From an uncultured bacterium (GTDB lineage Bacteria; Planctomycetota; SZUA-567; JAKLDR01), in assembly GCA_937935355.1 (NCBI GenBank), contig CALGYR010000091.1:2131-66130 (forward strand): a DNA stretch of 64,000 nt. The letters are read 5' to 3'. The position numbers and the translations under genes are program-made. This document shows, one piece after another, positions 62,635-64,000 of this stretch. The number at the start of each line of letters is the position of its first letter. Position 1 is the first letter of the stretch. The notes beneath the pieces were generated by a model, which worked only from the letters and a program-made list of their open reading frames with translations, made no database searches and was not told the DNA's origin.

Positions 62635-63790
62635 CTGCTTGCTCCACGCTCCCAATGAACCCGCGCGCCGTCAGCCATGCCTCGACCAGGGCCGAATCGC
62701 TGTCGCGTCCGTAGAGGACCACGTTCGGAGGCTTGACCGTGACGGTCCGCGGAGTCTTGGATGCCGTGAACTTGACCCGGAACTTGGCCTTGGTCAGCCG
62801 CGCCTTCTCATGGATCGACCTGCCGCGGGCCTCAAGGACAGCGAAGAGGTCGGTGGCCTTGCGAATCTCGATCTCCTGATGCGGACCGCCGCGGGCTATC
62901 TGCAGTTCGACCAGCCGCACATCATCGATCCCCTCGATGTCGCCGCAGGTCAAGGAGTCCTTCCCAAGTGCAATCAGCGGCTTCAGAGTGTACTTGGCCT
63001 GCCCGGGGAAGAAATCCTCGCGCCCGAACAGGTGCAGGCCGAACTTGGCCCGATACAGAGACTTCTCGCCCTTGGTGTCGGCATGGATGCGCAGCTCACC
63101 CAGTTGCTGGTTGTAGACCAGCACATCGTACTTCTCCGGCCGGTAGACGAAGGTGCTCGATTCTCCGTGCTCGTACTTCCCCTCGCGCTTGAGCAGGTCG
63201 CCGTGTCGGACCAGGAACCACACCTCGTCACCCTTCGGGAAGGTGATCACCTTGGCGCCGCGCCCACGCTTCTTCTCCTCGAACCAATCGTCAAGGCTCT
63301 TCTCCAGCGCCCGCTGGACCGCGGCCGTCGGGCGCTTGATCCGCGGTGGAGTCGCGACATTGGACTGGAAGTACTCGAAGGACCGCGTGTGCTCCACGGA
63401 CTGCTCCGCGTGCTTGCGCTCCAGGTACTCCGGTGCGCTCAGCCACACCTGCACGGCAACGTCCGCGGGCGTGAGTTCGGTGGAGTCGTCGATCTTGACG
63501 TCGCCGGCCTTGACGCCCTCCAAGATCGAGTCCATGCCCTCCTTGGTGGACATCTCGTGGATGAGGTAGAGCGCCTCGGCCAGCTCCGGAGGGGTGTCGT
63601 CCTCGGGCGACATCAGGATGGCTACCAGACGCTCGTAGTCCAAGGTCTCGGCCGCCGCGGGCGCCGGCAGTGCGAGGCCGCGCTGCACGAAGAAGGCCTT
63701 GTGCCGGGTCAGGAACTCGATCATGTGGTTGGGTGCAATGGTCCGTAGCGCCTCCTGGGACGAGAACCGACGAAGATTGAATGTCGCCAT
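62591..63790 (-). CDS. Conserved hypothetical protein, first gene of the leftward early operon
   Basis: AAAGGAG RBS; long codon-biased ORF. Confidence 0.8.
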   Translation of the reverse strand: MATFNLRRFSSQEALRTIAPNHMIEFLTRHKAFFVQRGLALPAPAAAETLDYERLVAILMSPEDDTPPELAEALYLIHEMSTKEGMDSILEGVKAGDVKIDDSTELTPADVAVQVWLSAPEYLERKHAEQSVEHTRSFEYFQSNVATPPRIKRPTAAVQRALEKSLDDWFEEKKRGRGAKVITFPKGDEVWFLVRHGDLLKREGKYEHGESSTFVYRPEKYDVLVYNQQLGELRIHADTKGEKSLYRAKFGLHLFGREDFFPGQAKYTLKPLIALGKDSLTCGDIEGIDDVRLVELQIARGGPHQEIEIRKATDLFAVLEARGRSIHEKARLTKAKFRVKFTASKTPRTVTVKPPNVVLYGRDSDSALVEAWLTARGFIGSVEQADGEHKEVAAAVANA

Positions 63791-63814
63791 GCCTCTACTC
63801 CTTTCCGCACGCCC

Positions 63815-63862
63815 AAAAAAGAAAGGCCCGCCGTCCCGCAGCTCTCGCTCGGACGCGGACCT
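63815..63862 (-). terminator. Intrinsic terminator inside the 5' leader of 63790 (attenuator-like)
   Basis: Minus strand AGGTCCGC-GTCC...GGAC-G-GCGGGCCT followed by TTCTTTTTT. Confidence 0.7.
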
Positions 63863-63963
63863 TAGTTCCCTCTAACGACAAGGGGTGAAGGTATCGCTTA
63901 CCCTTCAGGTGAGGATGTCTCTACCGGCAAAAGACTCCTTATCCCCCCGTTTGGCAACCGCAT

Positions 63964-63991
63964 ATTTTAGCCTCGGACATGTCGTAGTCAA
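63964..63991 (-). promoter_or_regulatory. Sigma70 promoter of the leftward early operon
   Basis: TTGACT-N16-TAAAAT. Confidence 0.7.
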
Positions 63992-64000
63992 TACTGAAAA

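Larger units (their letters stand above)
22870..64000 (-). mobile_element. Lambda-like prophage (non-contractile tail), continuing beyond the right edge
   Basis: Ordered replication, terminase, gpW, portal, protease-capsid, neck, tail tube, chaperone, tape measure and tip genes; no sheath gene seen; left boundary uncertain. Confidence 0.92.

Overview
High-GC bacterial DNA; the HEAT-repeat, DUF2092-like and DUF1080-like proteins and the prophage type suggest Planctomycetota/PVC (inference). There are three parts. (1) 1-905: end of a degenerate element, with a fragmented serine recombinase whose catalytic Ser appears replaced by Ala and a 13-nt tRNA-fMet-like 3' end that may be an att core. (2) ~1060-22731: cargo of three giant Sec-exported multidomain proteins (1956, 1269 and 1240 aa). 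Each has an adhesin-like N-terminal part and a divergent C-terminal part, two ending in HExxH motifs, and each is followed by exported Ig-like or HEAT partner genes. Two of these operons share a ~100-bp non-coding upstream element. (3) ~22870-64000: a lambda-like, non-contractile-tailed prophage read mostly leftward, with replication/recombination, a lambda-like cos candidate, terminase, portal, protease-capsid fusion, tail and lysis genes. Between terminase and portal lies an oppositely oriented lower-GC island: XRE, ImmA/IrrE-like peptidase-TPR and two toxin-immunity-like pairs. The two putative toxins begin with a conserved ~39-aa leader (MPTADDVKR...GGYxxCxNNPVxxVDPxG) that looks like an isolated Rhs C-terminal cleavage motif, with no Rhs core in the window. 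This leader-tagged module is the best candidate for an undescribed system. No CRISPR array, reverse transcriptase, rRNA or intact tRNA was seen. All family assignments are by motif recognition, not database search.
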